The translations under genes were made by a program, and so were the position numbers. The notes beneath the pieces were generated by a model that searched no databases, was not told the origin of the DNA, and worked only from the letters and a program-made list of their open reading frames with translations. From Squalus acanthias (taxonomy: Eukaryota), in contig JASTWF010000036.1 of NCBI GenBank assembly GCA_030390025.1, positions 2,606,001 through 2,670,000 of the forward strand: a stretch of DNA of 64,000 bases. Reading direction: 5' to 3'. Position 1 is the stretch's first letter; each line of letters begins with the position of its first letter. This document shows positions 1 through 12,149 of the stretch, in pieces.

Positions 1-2871
1 GTGGAGGGCAGAAGGAGAGGGCGAAGGCAGAAGGACAGGGCGAGGGCAGAAGGAGAGGGCGAGGGCGAGGGCGGAGGGCGGAGGGCGAGGGCAGAACTCG
101 AGGGAGAGGGCAGAGGGCGAAGGCGAGGGCGAGTCAGAAGGCGAGGCCGAGGGCAGAAGGCGAGGGCGAGGGCAGAAGGCGAGGGCAGTAGGCGAGGGCG
201 AGGGCAGAAGGCGAGGGCGAGGGCAGAAGGCGAGGGCGAGGGCAGAAGGCGAGGGCGAGGGCAGAAGGCGAGGGCGAGGGCAGAAGGCGAGGGCAGAGGC
301 AGAGGGCGAGGGCAGAGGGCGAGGGCAGAGGGCGAGGGCGAGGGCAGAAGGAGAGGGCGAGGGCAGAAGGAGAGGGCGAGGGCAGAAGGAGAGGGCGAGG
401 GCAGAAGGAGAGGGCGAGGGCAGAAGGAGAGGGCGAGGGCAGAAGGAGAGGGCGAGGGCAGAAGGAGAGGGCGAGGGCAGAAGGAGAGGGCGAGGGCAGA
501 AGGAGAGGGCGAGGGCAGAAGGAGAGGGCGAGGGCAGAAGGAGAGGGCGAGGGCAGAAGGAGGGGGCGAGGGCAGAAGGAGGGGGCGAGGGCAGAAGGAG
601 AGGGCAGAGGGCGGAGGGCGAGGGCAGAACTCGAGGGAGAGGGCAGAGGGCGAGGCCGAGGGCAGAGGGCGAAGCCGAGGGCAGAAGGCGAGGGCGAGGG
701 CAGAAGGCGAGGGCGAGGGCAGAAGGCGAGGGCGAGGGCAGAAGGCGAGGGCGAGGGCAGAAGGCGAGGGCGAGGGCAGAAGGCGAGGGCAGAAGGCGAG
801 GGCGAGGGCAGAAGGCGAGGGCAGAAGGCGAGGGCAGAAGGCGAGGGCAGAAGGCGAGGGCAGAAGGCGAGGGCAGAAGGCGAGGGCAGAAGGCGAGGGC
901 AGAAGGCGAGGGCAGAAGGCAGAAGGCGAGGGCGAGGGCAGAAGGCGAGGGCAGAAGGCGAGGGCAGAAGGCGAGGGCGAGGGCAGAAGGCGAGGGCGAG
1001 GGCAGAAGGCGAGGGCAGAAGGCGAGGGCGAGGGCCGAAGGCGAGGGCAGAAGGCGAGGGCCGAAGGCGAGGGCAGAAGGCGAGGGCAGAAGGCAAGGGC
1101 GAGGGCAGAGGGCAGAAGGCAGAGGGCGAGGGCAGAAGGCGAGGGCAGAGGGCGAGGGCGAACGCAGAGGGCGAGGGAGAGGCCAGAAGGCGAGGGAGAG
1201 GCCAGAAGGCGAGGGAGAAGCCAGAAGGCGAGGGAGAGGCCAGAAGGCGAGGGAGAGGGAGAGGCCAGAAGGCGAGGGCGAGGGCGAGGCCAGAAGGCGA
1301 GGGCGAGGGCGAGGCCAGAAGGTGAGGGCAGAAGGCAAGGGCGAGGGCAGAAGACGAGGACGAGGGCGAGGGCAGAAGGCAGAGGGCGAGGGCAGAAGGC
1401 GAGGGCGAGGGCAGAAGGCGAGGGCGAGGGCAGAAGGCGAGGGCAGAGGGCGAGGGCGAAGGGAGAGGGCGAGGGCAGAAGGAGAGGGCGAGGGCAGAAG
1501 GCGAGGGCGAGGGCAGAAGGCGAGGGCGAGGGCAGAAGGCGAGGGCGAGGGCAGAAGGCGAGGGCGAGGGCAGAAGGCGAGGGCGAGGGCAGAAGGCGAG
1601 GGCGAGGGCAGAAGGCGAGGGCGAGGGCAGAAGGCGAGGGCAGAAGGCGAGGGCGAGGGCAGAAGGCGAGGGCGAGGGCAGAAGGCGAGGGCAGAAGGCG
1701 AGGGCAGAAGGCGAGGGCGAGGGCAGAAGGCGAGGGCGAGGGCAGAAGGCGAGGGCAGAAGGCGAGGGCGAGGGCAGAAGGCGAGGGCGAGGGCAGAAGG
1801 CGAGGGCAGAAGGTGAGGGCGAGGGCAGAGGGCGAGGGCGAGCGGGGCAGAGGGCGAGGGCAGAAGGCGAGGGCAGAGGGCAAGGGCAGAGGGCGAGGGC
1901 AGAGGGCAGAGGGCGAGGGAGAGGCCAGAAGGCAAAGGAGAGGCCAGAAGGCGAGGGCGAGGGAGAGGCCAGAAGGCGAGGGAGAGGCCAGAAGGCGAGG
2001 GAGAAGCCAGAAGGCGAGGGAGAGGCCAGAAGGCGAGGGATAGGGAGAGGCCAGAAGGCGAGGGAGAGGGAGAGGCCAGAAGGCGTGGGCGAGGGCGAGG
2101 CCAGAAGGTGAGGGCAGAAGGCGAGGGCGAGGGCAGAAGACGAGGACGAGGGCGAGGGCAGAAGGCAGAGGGCGAGGGCAGAAGGCGAGGGCGAGGGCAG
2201 AAGGCGAGGGCGAGGGCAGAAGGCGAGGGCAGAGGGCGAGGGCGAAGGGAGAGGGCGAGGGCAGAAGGAGAGGGCGAGGGCAGAAGGCGAGGGCGAGGGC
2301 AGAAGGCGAGGGCGAGGGCAGAAGGCGAGGGCGAGGGCAGAAGGCGAGGGCGAGGGCAGAAGGCGAGGGCGAGGGCAGAAGGCGAGGGCGAGGGCAGAAG
2401 GCGAGGGCAGAAGGCGAGGGCGAGGGCAGAAGGCGAGGGCGAGGGCAGAAGGCGAGGGCAGAAGGCGAGGGCAGAAGGCGAGGGCGAGGGCAGAAGGCGA
2501 GGGCAGAGGGCAGAGGCGAGGGCAGAAGGCGAGGGCGAGGGCAGAAGGCGAGGGCAGAGGGCAGAGGGCGAGGGCAGAAGGCGAGGGCGAGGGCAGAGGG
2601 CGAGGGCAGAGGGCAGAGGGCGAGGGCAGAAGGCGAGGGCAGAGGGCAAGGGCAGAGGGCGAGGGCAGAGGGCAGAGGGCGAGGGAGAGGCCAGAAGGCA
2701 AAGGAGAGGCCAGAAGGCGAGGGCGAGGGAGAGGCCAGAAGGCGAGGGAGAGGCCAGAAGGCGAGGGAGAAGCCAGAAGGCGAGGGAGAGGCCAGAAGGC
2801 GAGGGATAGGGAGAGGCCAGAAGGCGAGGGAGAGGGAGAGGCCAGAAGGCGTGGGCGAGGGAGAGGCCAGA
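1..2871. repeat. Purine-rich complex tandem repeat built from GGCGAG, GGCAGAA and GGGAGA/GGCCAGAA units (13- and 19-mers), truncated by the window edge; lies in the intron after the first coding exon of the sodium channel
   Basis: The + strand is almost T-free and repeats GGCGAGGGCGAGGGCAGAA and variants. The 680-aa and 929-aa ORFs are low-complexity translations of it. Confidence 0.97.
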
Positions 2872-4139
2872 ACGAATGGGAGGGAGGGCGGGGAGAGCGA
2901 GGGAAGACGGAATCGGAAAGCAAGGGAGGAAAAGTGAAAAGCGAGAGAACCAGAAGGGGACATCGAGAAAGGAAGGACAGGTGAGTGAGAAAAGAAGGAA
3001 GGCGAGAGCAAGGCAGGAAGGCAGTGTGGATGATTGAGCAGAAGAGAAAGGAGTGGAGAGAAGGGGGAAAGAAGAGACTAAGAGGAAAGAAAGATCAGGA
3101 GGAGGGCAGAGAAATTGAGCAGGGCTCGAGCGGTAACAGGCAGAAAGACAGAGTGCAAAATCAGCTGCCTGACAGGTGGTCTGTTTTGTGAGTGGCCACC
3201 TTGTGCACAGGGGCAGTTTCTAGTTTTACTGCACAGATGGCTCTGCATTTTTTCCCCCATTTGTGTTGGCATAGTAAAACAATTGTTTAGAAATCAGATT
3301 ATTACTGTTCCAGGCACGCGCAGAGAAAAAAATATGAAAACCATTGAGTGCAATTTTGTTGTTAACAATTTGGTGCTAATATATTTGGGGCTTCAATCTC
3401 CTAAACGTTTCAGGATTTTTTTAAAATTATTTTCTGTCAGAATCCACTGGCCAGATTTGGTCTAACTCACACCAAAAAGAATTCTAAAAATATTAATTAA
3501 AAGTGAATACCTCTTGCTGTTGTACTTTGGTCGAACATCTCATTAAATACATTCAGTCACTAGTGCAATAAAATATTAATGGGAACAAACAGGATTACTT
3601 AACTGAAGGATGCATGTCTATGTATTTAAATTATTGCCTAAAAAAAGCTGACCTTTGTCAGCTTAGATGATCTCAAAATGTATGAAAACTGAAATGATAC
3701 TTTGATTCAGCAATTTTACATTTCACATGCAATGTTGTATTAAATAAACAAGTTGCATCATCAGGGGACAAAATTAAATGACCATCCTATTCCAAGAGTG
3801 AAAGTTGAACACTTCCTGCCCATCAAAGATTGCTGATGATTAATGTAAACTAGCAGGGCTAAGTGGCAAACGCTGTTATGCCAGCAAACTCGCCAGTCAT
3901 TTTTCTATATCTCCCTTGTGTCAATGCGAAGGCAGATCAGGATTCTGCTGGTAAAGGAATTCTAACAGACCATCACAATGCGCACAATCCAGAACTGGTG
4001 ACATTACCCAGGCGGCGCCAACACCCCCTGGGAGCTTATTGTTAAAGTGGATTTCCAGCCCAACTGCATGGAGCAGAGGATCAGCAAGGCCTACCAGAGA
4101 AGAGTACAGGGTCCAGTGGTAGTGTTCTTGCACTGACTA

Positions 4140-4390
4140 GGATTTATATAGTGCCATATCACATCTCCCAGTGCTGTTTTGAAGTGCCTCACATACAATG
4201 AGTTACTCTGAAGTGCCGTGACTCTTGTTCTGTCGGCTCACGTGGCAACCATTCTACACACAGCAAGATCTCAACAACTGTAATGGAATGAGCAGTTGAC
4301 TGTTTTTGGTGGTGTTGGTTGAGGGAGGAATGCTGGCCAAAACATTGAGAACATCCACTTGGACAGCCAGGCTGCACCTCAGTGTAGTGT
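4140..4390 (-). mobile_element. Degenerate Deu-domain SINE fragment (SacSINE1/AmnSINE1-like)
   Basis: Reverse complement matches the GATCTTGCTGTG...GGTTGCCACG core and GGCACTATATAAAT tail of the better copy at 38012-38462. Confidence 0.65.
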
Positions 4391-4959
4391 GTCACGATAG
4401 AAGTCAGATTGCCTGCGGCTGCCTGCTTTCATTGTTGACCACCTTTAATAGTACTATGTAAACTTTAGGGTCTGCTGACCATCAGAAATCCATTGTGTGC
4501 AGTGTAAATAACAGCACAGCAAACAGCAGAATATGAAAGACCTCATAAACCATGAATGGCATTATCACATGTGGGTTACGCAGGCCTTACCCTTCATTTG
4601 TATAATCTCACTTTTCCAACTGTTTTCCACTGTGTTCTGTCTATAGCCAAGGTTAAAAAAATTCAACCACACTGAAAGTGATCAAGCTTATCTATACCAC
4701 AGTTCAGGTTTCTAGATCTGATCGATGTAATTTTTGTTAGCACTTTTACACTTCAGATTATGGACCTGTGAAAGCAAGACAAATTTGAAACTGATAGATT
4801 GATAGTTCCCACCAGCTTAGTGTACCACAGAGCACAATTTTCCTTTCCCCACGCTATAATGACACTCAGCATACGTCCTGCACCACAACAGAAAGACAAA
4901 TGGCACTTCCTTTAAATCTCTCCCGCTGCCACAATGAGCTCATGCAGCAAATAGCTAAG

Positions 4960-5165
4960 TCATACAGACCTGGAAGGTCCTACATTCAATCCCCAGTATG
5001 TGCTGAGTTAGTTGATCTCAACTAGATAGTATTTGGGCTGCTACAACTGACCTCTGCCTCTGGGTTAGGGAAAAGAAAAAGTCGCGACCCAACAACCCTG
5101 CTGGAAATGCACGTGTATGAATACTGTGAGCCCCCAAATAGTCAAATAGCCTGCCGACACTCACA
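4960..5165 (+). mobile_element. LF-SINE-like element
   Basis: TGTGCTGAGTTAGTTGATCTCA ... CCCTGCTGGAAA ... GTCAAATAGCCTGCCGACACTCAC match the LF-SINE consensus as recalled; related copies occur elsewhere in the window. Confidence 0.7.
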
Positions 5166-6689
5166 AGGAACAGGTCACAATCAAACTCTCACCTAGAAAT
5201 AACGGCATTGGGAGACCGGGTTTATCATGTGAATGAATATTCTTACAAAAATATACACATATATAATAAACATTTAATATCTTTCTCAAAGGTTCTTTTC
5301 TGTAGAGATGTGGTAGACTACCATTACACAATCAGAGATGGGCACATCCCAGTAGTTTCCTTAATTGTGTAGGTAGTGTTGTGGAGTCAGTGTGACAGGA
5401 GACGTGTTGCTCCCTACAGAGGTCATGGACTTAGATGGGAGCAAGCACGACACTGGACCTACAAGGATCTTATTTAGGGATAGGAATTTTATCAAGTAGC
5501 AGCAGAATGACTATTTTTGTTAAAAGAAAGTCAGTTTTACTGTGACCTTTGTTGATGGCCTCGGGGAGGGGACAGGAAGTAAAGGTGGATTTGGAGAAAG
5601 AACTGAACCTTAGGGATGCTGTAGTTAGGGCAGGTTCAGAGAAGGAAATGGATCGCCTCAGAAAGAGAAGCAGTATGAGGGTAATGTCAGGAAGGAATGC
5701 AACTGCCATGGAGAGAAATGGCTAGCCTCAGAAAGAGGAACAGTAACCAAGCAGCCTCAGAAAGGGAAATTAATAACTTCAAGGAGGCAAGCAAAAGTGA
5801 CGGCAACTTAAGTAGCCTCAGAACAAAAAATGGGTTGCCTTGAGGGTGGAAGCAACAGTCAGGATAACTTGAGCAAGAAAACAACCCAGAGAGAGAAATT
5901 GTAGTTAGGGTAGCACGAGAGAGGAAAACAGATAGCCGCAAGAAGTGGAAAAGGAGATCAGGGTACATAACTATTGGCAATGGGCTAACAGATTTTATTC
6001 CTGGCCAGAATGCTGCCATTATAAAAGAGTAAATATTATCTGATTTTTACACTCCATGTGTGCTATCTAAAGTATCAAGCCCCTACAATTTATTTACTGC
6101 TACAATTGTAATTGTGTGACTTTAGTTTCCACATCATACATGCAATCTAAGCCAAATAAGCCCAGAAAAGGCAATGGATAGCCTACAGAGCCTGTACAAC
6201 ATATATAAAACTTACCTGGCTGCTACATAAAAACATATTCTTTGAATAGGAACTATTTTTCTTCTTTGGCGCAAACAAGTTCATGGATATGGCCACCTGA
6301 TATGGGAAATGTTTAACCCTCCATCGTATCGCGATTTATATTTAACTCATTGTTAATATTTAACTATACATCAAATTCAGTAGAAGTATTTCTGTTTGAG
6401 ATTATGGGGTCATTTTCTGAGCCTCGCCCGCTGGCAGTATATATTGGAATAGTGTGGACGCCCTGCCTGCTATTTTCAGATGTGCACTGCCAGCCGGCAC
6501 CGTTGCCCGCCACCAGCGTGTACTCAGAAAATTAAGTAAATATATTGAGACCTCCTGCTGACCTCTGGGAGACATCTGTAAGCCAACTGGGTCTTCCACG
6601 TCACCTCTCTTTGCACCAACCTTTAAGCTCCAAAATTTCTGATTGAAGGCAGTCTAGGAAAAGAACGGATTCTGTGCTCATCAAAGTGA

Positions 6690-6880
6690 GGGATGTTCAT
6701 GCTAGAGAATGGAATACTTTCCCATTTCAGGTACTCAGCATCAAGCAGTCCCAGGTTAGGTATTTCATCATAAGATATGGAGTAACGCTCCCTCTATGCT
6801 GCTGTGACAATGCGCCTCAGCCCCAACCAGAGAAGAGCACCTCTTACTACATTGGTGCAGTTTCCAATTTCTACAGCAGC
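6690..6880 (+). repeat. Old interspersed repeat (family also at about 45415-45620 minus, 56150-56270 minus, 57550-57640 plus)
   Basis: Shared block TTTCCCATTTCAGG...CAGCATCAAGCA.TCCCAGGT.AGGTA...CTCCCTCTA in several copies. Confidence 0.55.
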
Positions 6881-8074
6881 TAACTGTGGCAATCTTGTGC
6901 TGTGGGTTCATACTCATTAAAAACTGGATTGAGACTGCACACATTCATTTCAAGAATAATTCCACTCAAGTCACAAGTTTACTTAAAAATATTGTATACT
7001 CGCACAATGGATATCACACACAGCTAGAGTCTCACCTTATTGGGGACAGCATTCCAGAATGTCGATGGTTCTGGGGAAAACCAGGGGATAGAGCTTTTCT
7101 TGGCGGTGGTGAAGATAAAGGGTTTTTTTTGTATCATCTCTACCAGCAGTAGTACTCAGAAAAAGAGAACACTACTCAGTAGCAAGTCTCCTGCGCCCGG
7201 ATAGTAGCACGCTACATTTAATATTTTGCATCATGGGTAAATAGAGATACCAAGTGGAAAATTATATTATTGCTGGCTGTAGTCAGTCATTCATTCTCAG
7301 GATCTCTAGATCTGGATCCCAGAATCTGTGCAAATACTTATCTCCCACAGTCTTCCTTTCCTTCTACAATCTACAAACTTTCAAAATCCAAGTTCAGTTC
7401 CACCCAAGCGCTACTTACTGATTTACCCCATTTTCTTTTCAGCCTTGGCGGTGCCCTGCACCACAGGCCTTGGCCTTTCACTCACAGTGAGCAAAATTTA
7501 CCAAGGACAGGTGGTACTCCCCATTCACGTCACTAGAGTGAAACTTCGCAATGTCACTGCAGGAGGAATTCTACACTAAATATCAGCTGCATCAGACCAG
7601 TAGATTTAAGGTAAACAGGAACAATGAAGGATTTTGTGACACTAGTGAGTGTACATATATCTCTCTATGATATTTATGATGCTCTGTCACTTCAGATGAA
7701 TGTGGTTCATTAAACTGCATGGAAGAAAAAACAGATTGTCCGTTTCTTAATGAAGTGGATTTTTGATAGTGTCTGATTTATGACTCAAGTAACATGGGAG
7801 CACTGACTTGCCACAGCATGATTCCACACACCCTCCCCCAATAAAAAGTTAAAAGCACACCTGTTATTGGGCAAATATGAATGTCCAACAAACTATAAAA
7901 ACAAGAGATGACAACTCCAAAAATTGGCATCTTTCCTGCCTCCTCACCTCAGCACACAAAATGTTCATTCTCTACAACCTCCATCTTGGGCCTCTCACAA
8001 CTAAGGTTAATTTATTAGCTTGGCCTTGTATACCGAACCGGTGGTCAGTGGGAACCAAGCTGAAGAATTGCCAA

Positions 8075-8220
8075 ATTGGGGCTAGTTTTGTGCTGCAGGC
8101 CCATGCCCACTCAGAACTGGGTTGAGACGGCCCAAATTCATTTAAATCTGTACCCTTACAGCCAGCAGAGACTTTCATCCCGTCAGTCTCAACTAGATGT
8201 GAACCCAGGTTCAAGGGTAA
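8075..8220 (-). mobile_element. Old tRNA-headed SINE-like repeat (family also at about 45240-45380 plus, 55935-56060 plus, 61760-61910 minus)
   Basis: Shared GGGTT.A.ATC.AG...AGACTGA.GGGATGAAAGTCTC...GGCTGT.AGGGT block following a B-box-like motif. Confidence 0.55.
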
Positions 8221-9949
8221 AATTACTGCAGAATCTCATTACTACAGATAATGCTTTGTGTGAAATAAAGTTTGCCGACTGAGTCTTGGTACAAGTTATT
8301 AGTGACTCCTGCTCCAACCAATCCACTGAAAATAGGATTTAAAGTTTCACTTACCAAGTATTAATTTTACTCCTTCCATCTTAGTTTTCTACTTGCACTT
8401 GCAGTGCCACAATGTTCTTAAAAAAAATTCCACTTTGTTGGAAAACAAAGTGAACAGACAACTTCATAAAAGCATAACTCCTATTTTATACAGATCCTCA
8501 CAATCCTGCTCCCACACCTGATTTCCCCTCATGTCCTAACCACAGACATAACACGTGAACATCTGATTAGGAAAACGTTTAGATCAAAAAACAAATGTGT
8601 CCAGTTGATGCTCCCTTAATTGTAAAATCTAGTCATCTCCTAAAAGAAATGTTTGCATCCAAGTCAACTTAATAATACTTCATGGAGGTAAACATTACAA
8701 GAAAACAAAGTTACCAGTCACAAAGGTCTCATGAACTTGACATTATAAGAAGAGGAAACTTTTAGAAAGGAGCTGTCAGTCTGTCAACTTAAGCGGTTCG
8801 AATCCTATCAATTCAATAGGACAAACACTGTAGTTATCTTTCAATGAAAAAATTGTGGGGCTTTTCTCAGGGTAGCAGAGAATTTACCATTCTATTGGCA
8901 CCAAGCCACTGCTTGCTGTGGCTATTTTATGTAGATCAGCTAGGGAGGAGGAGTTGGGGCATAGGGGGAAAGCACCAATAATTGTTGCCCATTTTTGATT
9001 TCCCACATAATGTCACATAGTAGTGTCAAGGTGGGTTTTAACTATTTCAAAATATTTTTATGGGCAGAATTTTAAAAAACTGCATTCTTGTCCCCCAGAG
9101 CTCCAATTATCAGTTTAGGAATATTATTTATTTTTTTAAAAAAACACCCCCAATCCTTCATTTCCATCCTGCACTGCATGTTAGAGTCCATCATCACTGC
9201 TGGGGTAAATTATGATTTCAGGGACAAAATATTTTATTTCTACCACCAGTAAACATAAAAACATGGGCCATATCACCCAGTGGAAAATAGCCTAAGAGAA
9301 CCAGATGTGGTAAAGCCTTGCACCCTACTTAGCAAGAAAGAACCCCCCTGTTTTGGTTGGTGCATCTATGTCTTGGTATGTTGATGGGCTGGAATATCCA
9401 CAATGTATTGGTGGGTTCATGTGTTGAAGGCTCATCCATTTTTTAAGTTACTAAACTCTTTCCTAATATGTGGAAGCCATATTGGGAAAATTACATGACT
9501 GCCAATATAAAATCACATAAAAACTCATTTTAAAAACCAGAAAAAGCATATGCTTTGAAATTATGTGAATTTGTAATTATTACCTAATTGATAACTTAAA
9601 ACAAAACAAGTATGTGGCTATTGCAAGCCAGCTATGATGGCACTGGGGGCAGTGTACAAAGCTCTTTCGAATGGAAGGTGGTTAAGGGTCAAGGCTAAAT
9701 CTGCAAAATCATCACACAAGGGAAATATGATCCAATTTTCTAAGGTATCAGAATCACAAGACTAAAATTTATATTTAAACTTAAAAACTAAGGCCCATTT
9801 CCCCCAAGTCAATTATTGTTATTTGACGGTTAGCTTTTGCAAGTGGAAAACACCAAACTATTCTTACAACTGCACTTCTGCTACTTCAACCTGATCTTAC
9901 AGCTTTCCCCCTGTAAAAAGAGCTAGTAACTGTTGTCCAAGGCACTCAC

Positions 9950-10225
9950 TTTCTGATTTATATAAAAAGGGTCCAAGTCCTCCAATGGTTCAGCAATGCA
10001 TTTAGAAGGGGGGTCGCCATAAATAAATGGCAAACTTCTGCCCGCTTCAAGGTCGCTGTTTGGTTTAGGCTTATTTTGATCATCATCGTCTCGGTGGCTG
10101 CTGTCTTGCTTGGGGGGTTTTTTGTTCTTCTCCTCAGCAATCCGCTGCTCAATGATAGCCAAAGACTCGCGGGTGAAAAGGCGGAAACTGTCAGGGCCTG
10201 GCGGTGCAAGCATGTGCGCTGCCAT
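9950..10225 (-). CDS. SCN8A: First coding exon (92 codons) of a voltage-gated sodium channel alpha subunit, most like Nav1.6
   Basis: Translates [109 protein letters not shown] and LEDLDP are Nav N-terminal motifs; MAA.LAPPGP and KKPPK.D.SHR.DD resemble SCN8A specifically. Phase-0 donor AAA|GTGAGT at 9949-9944; start context CAGGATGAAAAGATGG. Confidence 0.93.
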
Positions 10226-10283
10226 CTTTTCATCCTGCAACAATGTCTTCAATTATGTAGCCTCCAGGATGGGACAGTTCTGT
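10226..10283 (-). other. SCN8A: 5'UTR portion of the first coding exon, with tandem splice acceptors (tttAG-acAG)
   Basis: T-rich tract then TTTAG (AG at 10285-10284) and a second AG at 10281-10280. An in-frame TAA upstream rules out a long N-terminal extension. Confidence 0.75.
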
Positions 10284-12149
10284 CTAAATAAAAATTCAAC
10301 AAATAAACTTTAAAAATAAATTGTAAAGAAAAAAGTAGTACAAATAGTAAATTAATGAAAATCAACATTTAGCATTGAGGCTCGCCATTAAATATTTCCT
10401 TCATCTAACAATGAGGTAAAACAGATTTTCTTTTATATAGCACCTTATTAGGTCTTTCAGAAATGCCCCAAAGTGCTCATATACAAGTGATTATTTTGAA
10501 ATGCAGTGAAATGTGGGCAAAAGGCTAGGTGTTAAAATATCCAAAAATAATACTTTTGAAATTTGACCAATTCTATATATTACAAATATAATAGCATAAC
10601 ACTCAAACTGGCACAGTAAATGTTTCAACACAACAGCAAGATAGAGTGGGCAGGAGTACAACAATGTTCTGATCATACTTGTTTCCATTAGTTACTAAAT
10701 TCATAGAGTTACCATTAGAATGCATTAACATGCACTAAAAACACTGCAAAATCATTTTCTTTACTTGCTGAACAAATTGTTGTTAGTCTTAAAGGTCTCC
10801 TTGACAGGTGTGTTCATTTGGCATCTAAAAATCTGCAGACTAAAATTTCGTTGTCTCTCCAAACTTGGTCTTAAATATTCAGGTTCTTTACAAGTGTAAA
10901 TATTTGAGCGCAGTTAGTTTTGAACTAGAACTCAACCATAACTGACATTCCCGAGTCCCACTTCAAAAGAGCAAACAATCTCGAGTGGGTTACATAATCT
11001 CAGAGTTTTTGTTTAGGGCTGAGCCCAGCAGGCTGAAAATATGCACAAGAGGCAGAATGCTGCCGGAATAGCTGCAGTTTTGTTTTCAGAAAAGCAAATT
11101 ATTGCAAAACTTAAGTGTTCAAACTCAAGCTCCTATTTAGATAGTGTGTACACTCAAACTGCTGCAGTGCAAAGGTAACTCTGCCCTTTCATATGTTACA
11201 TTATGATAGCTCAAACTGGAATATGCACTGATCATCAGTTTAAATTTCTCACTGGAGGCAGTTATGTTGAAACAGTCCAGACTTCTTCCATATTTAATTT
11301 TCTTTTGGAAATATATTATTTTTGTTGCAGTTTCAATCATTCCATAACATATTTAAGAGGAAAACCCAATTTAGATCTGGATTGTCAGTTTCAATCCAGC
11401 AAGCTATCACTGTACATTTGTGATTAAAAACTCAATTATTGATCTGAAATGCCTTTGTTTATTTGCCCATTTGACTCCTTGCGATTTTAAAACAATGTGA
11501 TGTGTAATTTTACAGACTAAACAGACCAATTAAACAGTTCTGCGGTACATGTGATCACATTATATCCCGTCTAAACATGAAATGGAAATAAAAAGTTCGT
11601 ACTCTATTTGTAAAATCCATATTCTTTCTCAGACCAAGGGCCAAGGTAAGTAATACTCATTCAAACGGAAATAAGTGCTTGGGGCTACTACATTTTCACC
11701 TATGTCAATTCAGGTATTAGAACAAAGTTGACAGACTCTACTAGTGAATGGCACCTTTACTTACACCAATAAATTAAAAATCTCACACACTGTACAAACA
11801 AGTGCCAGATTTGTCATTATTACAACACATGTCCACAACAAACGCCCTGGTCTCCCTGTGATATCGGATCTCCCTGTTCCTTAGGATATAATCCTGTCTG
11901 CCTGCTTTCAATCAGCTTTTTCAGCTCAGATCCAATAACTGAAGAAATTTAGGCTATAAATCAGTCAGAATACAGTCGCAAAATTTTTGATTGTTAACCA
12001 GGAACCTACCTTCTGATTTTTGTTTTATTTCATGTTAAAACACTGGACATTTCTGTGCAAATCCTTTTCAGATCAATAAAGCATCGATTCCAGGTTATTT
12101 CTTTATTCCAATGACTATTTCAGCCACATCAGCAGGAAGGCAATCAATA

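Noticed and set aside
1..2923. 680-aa and 929-aa ORFs (and 164/233-aa ORFs) as protein-coding genes
   Set aside because: They are translations of a T-poor tandem repeat that rarely forms stops; no domain and non-ATG starts.
2900..9940. Second coding exon of the sodium channel (TF.VLN.GK.IFRF-like)
   Set aside because: No such peptide in the ORF track or seen by eye; it probably lies left of the window, though a short exon could have been missed.
9923..9949. C-terminal VSALDNSY* of the sodium channel ORF
   Set aside because: Read-through into the intron past the GTGAGT donor.
10226..10252. N-terminal extension MKTLLQDEK on the sodium channel
   Set aside because: The ORF caller used a TTG start; family homology begins at MAAHML (ATG 10225).
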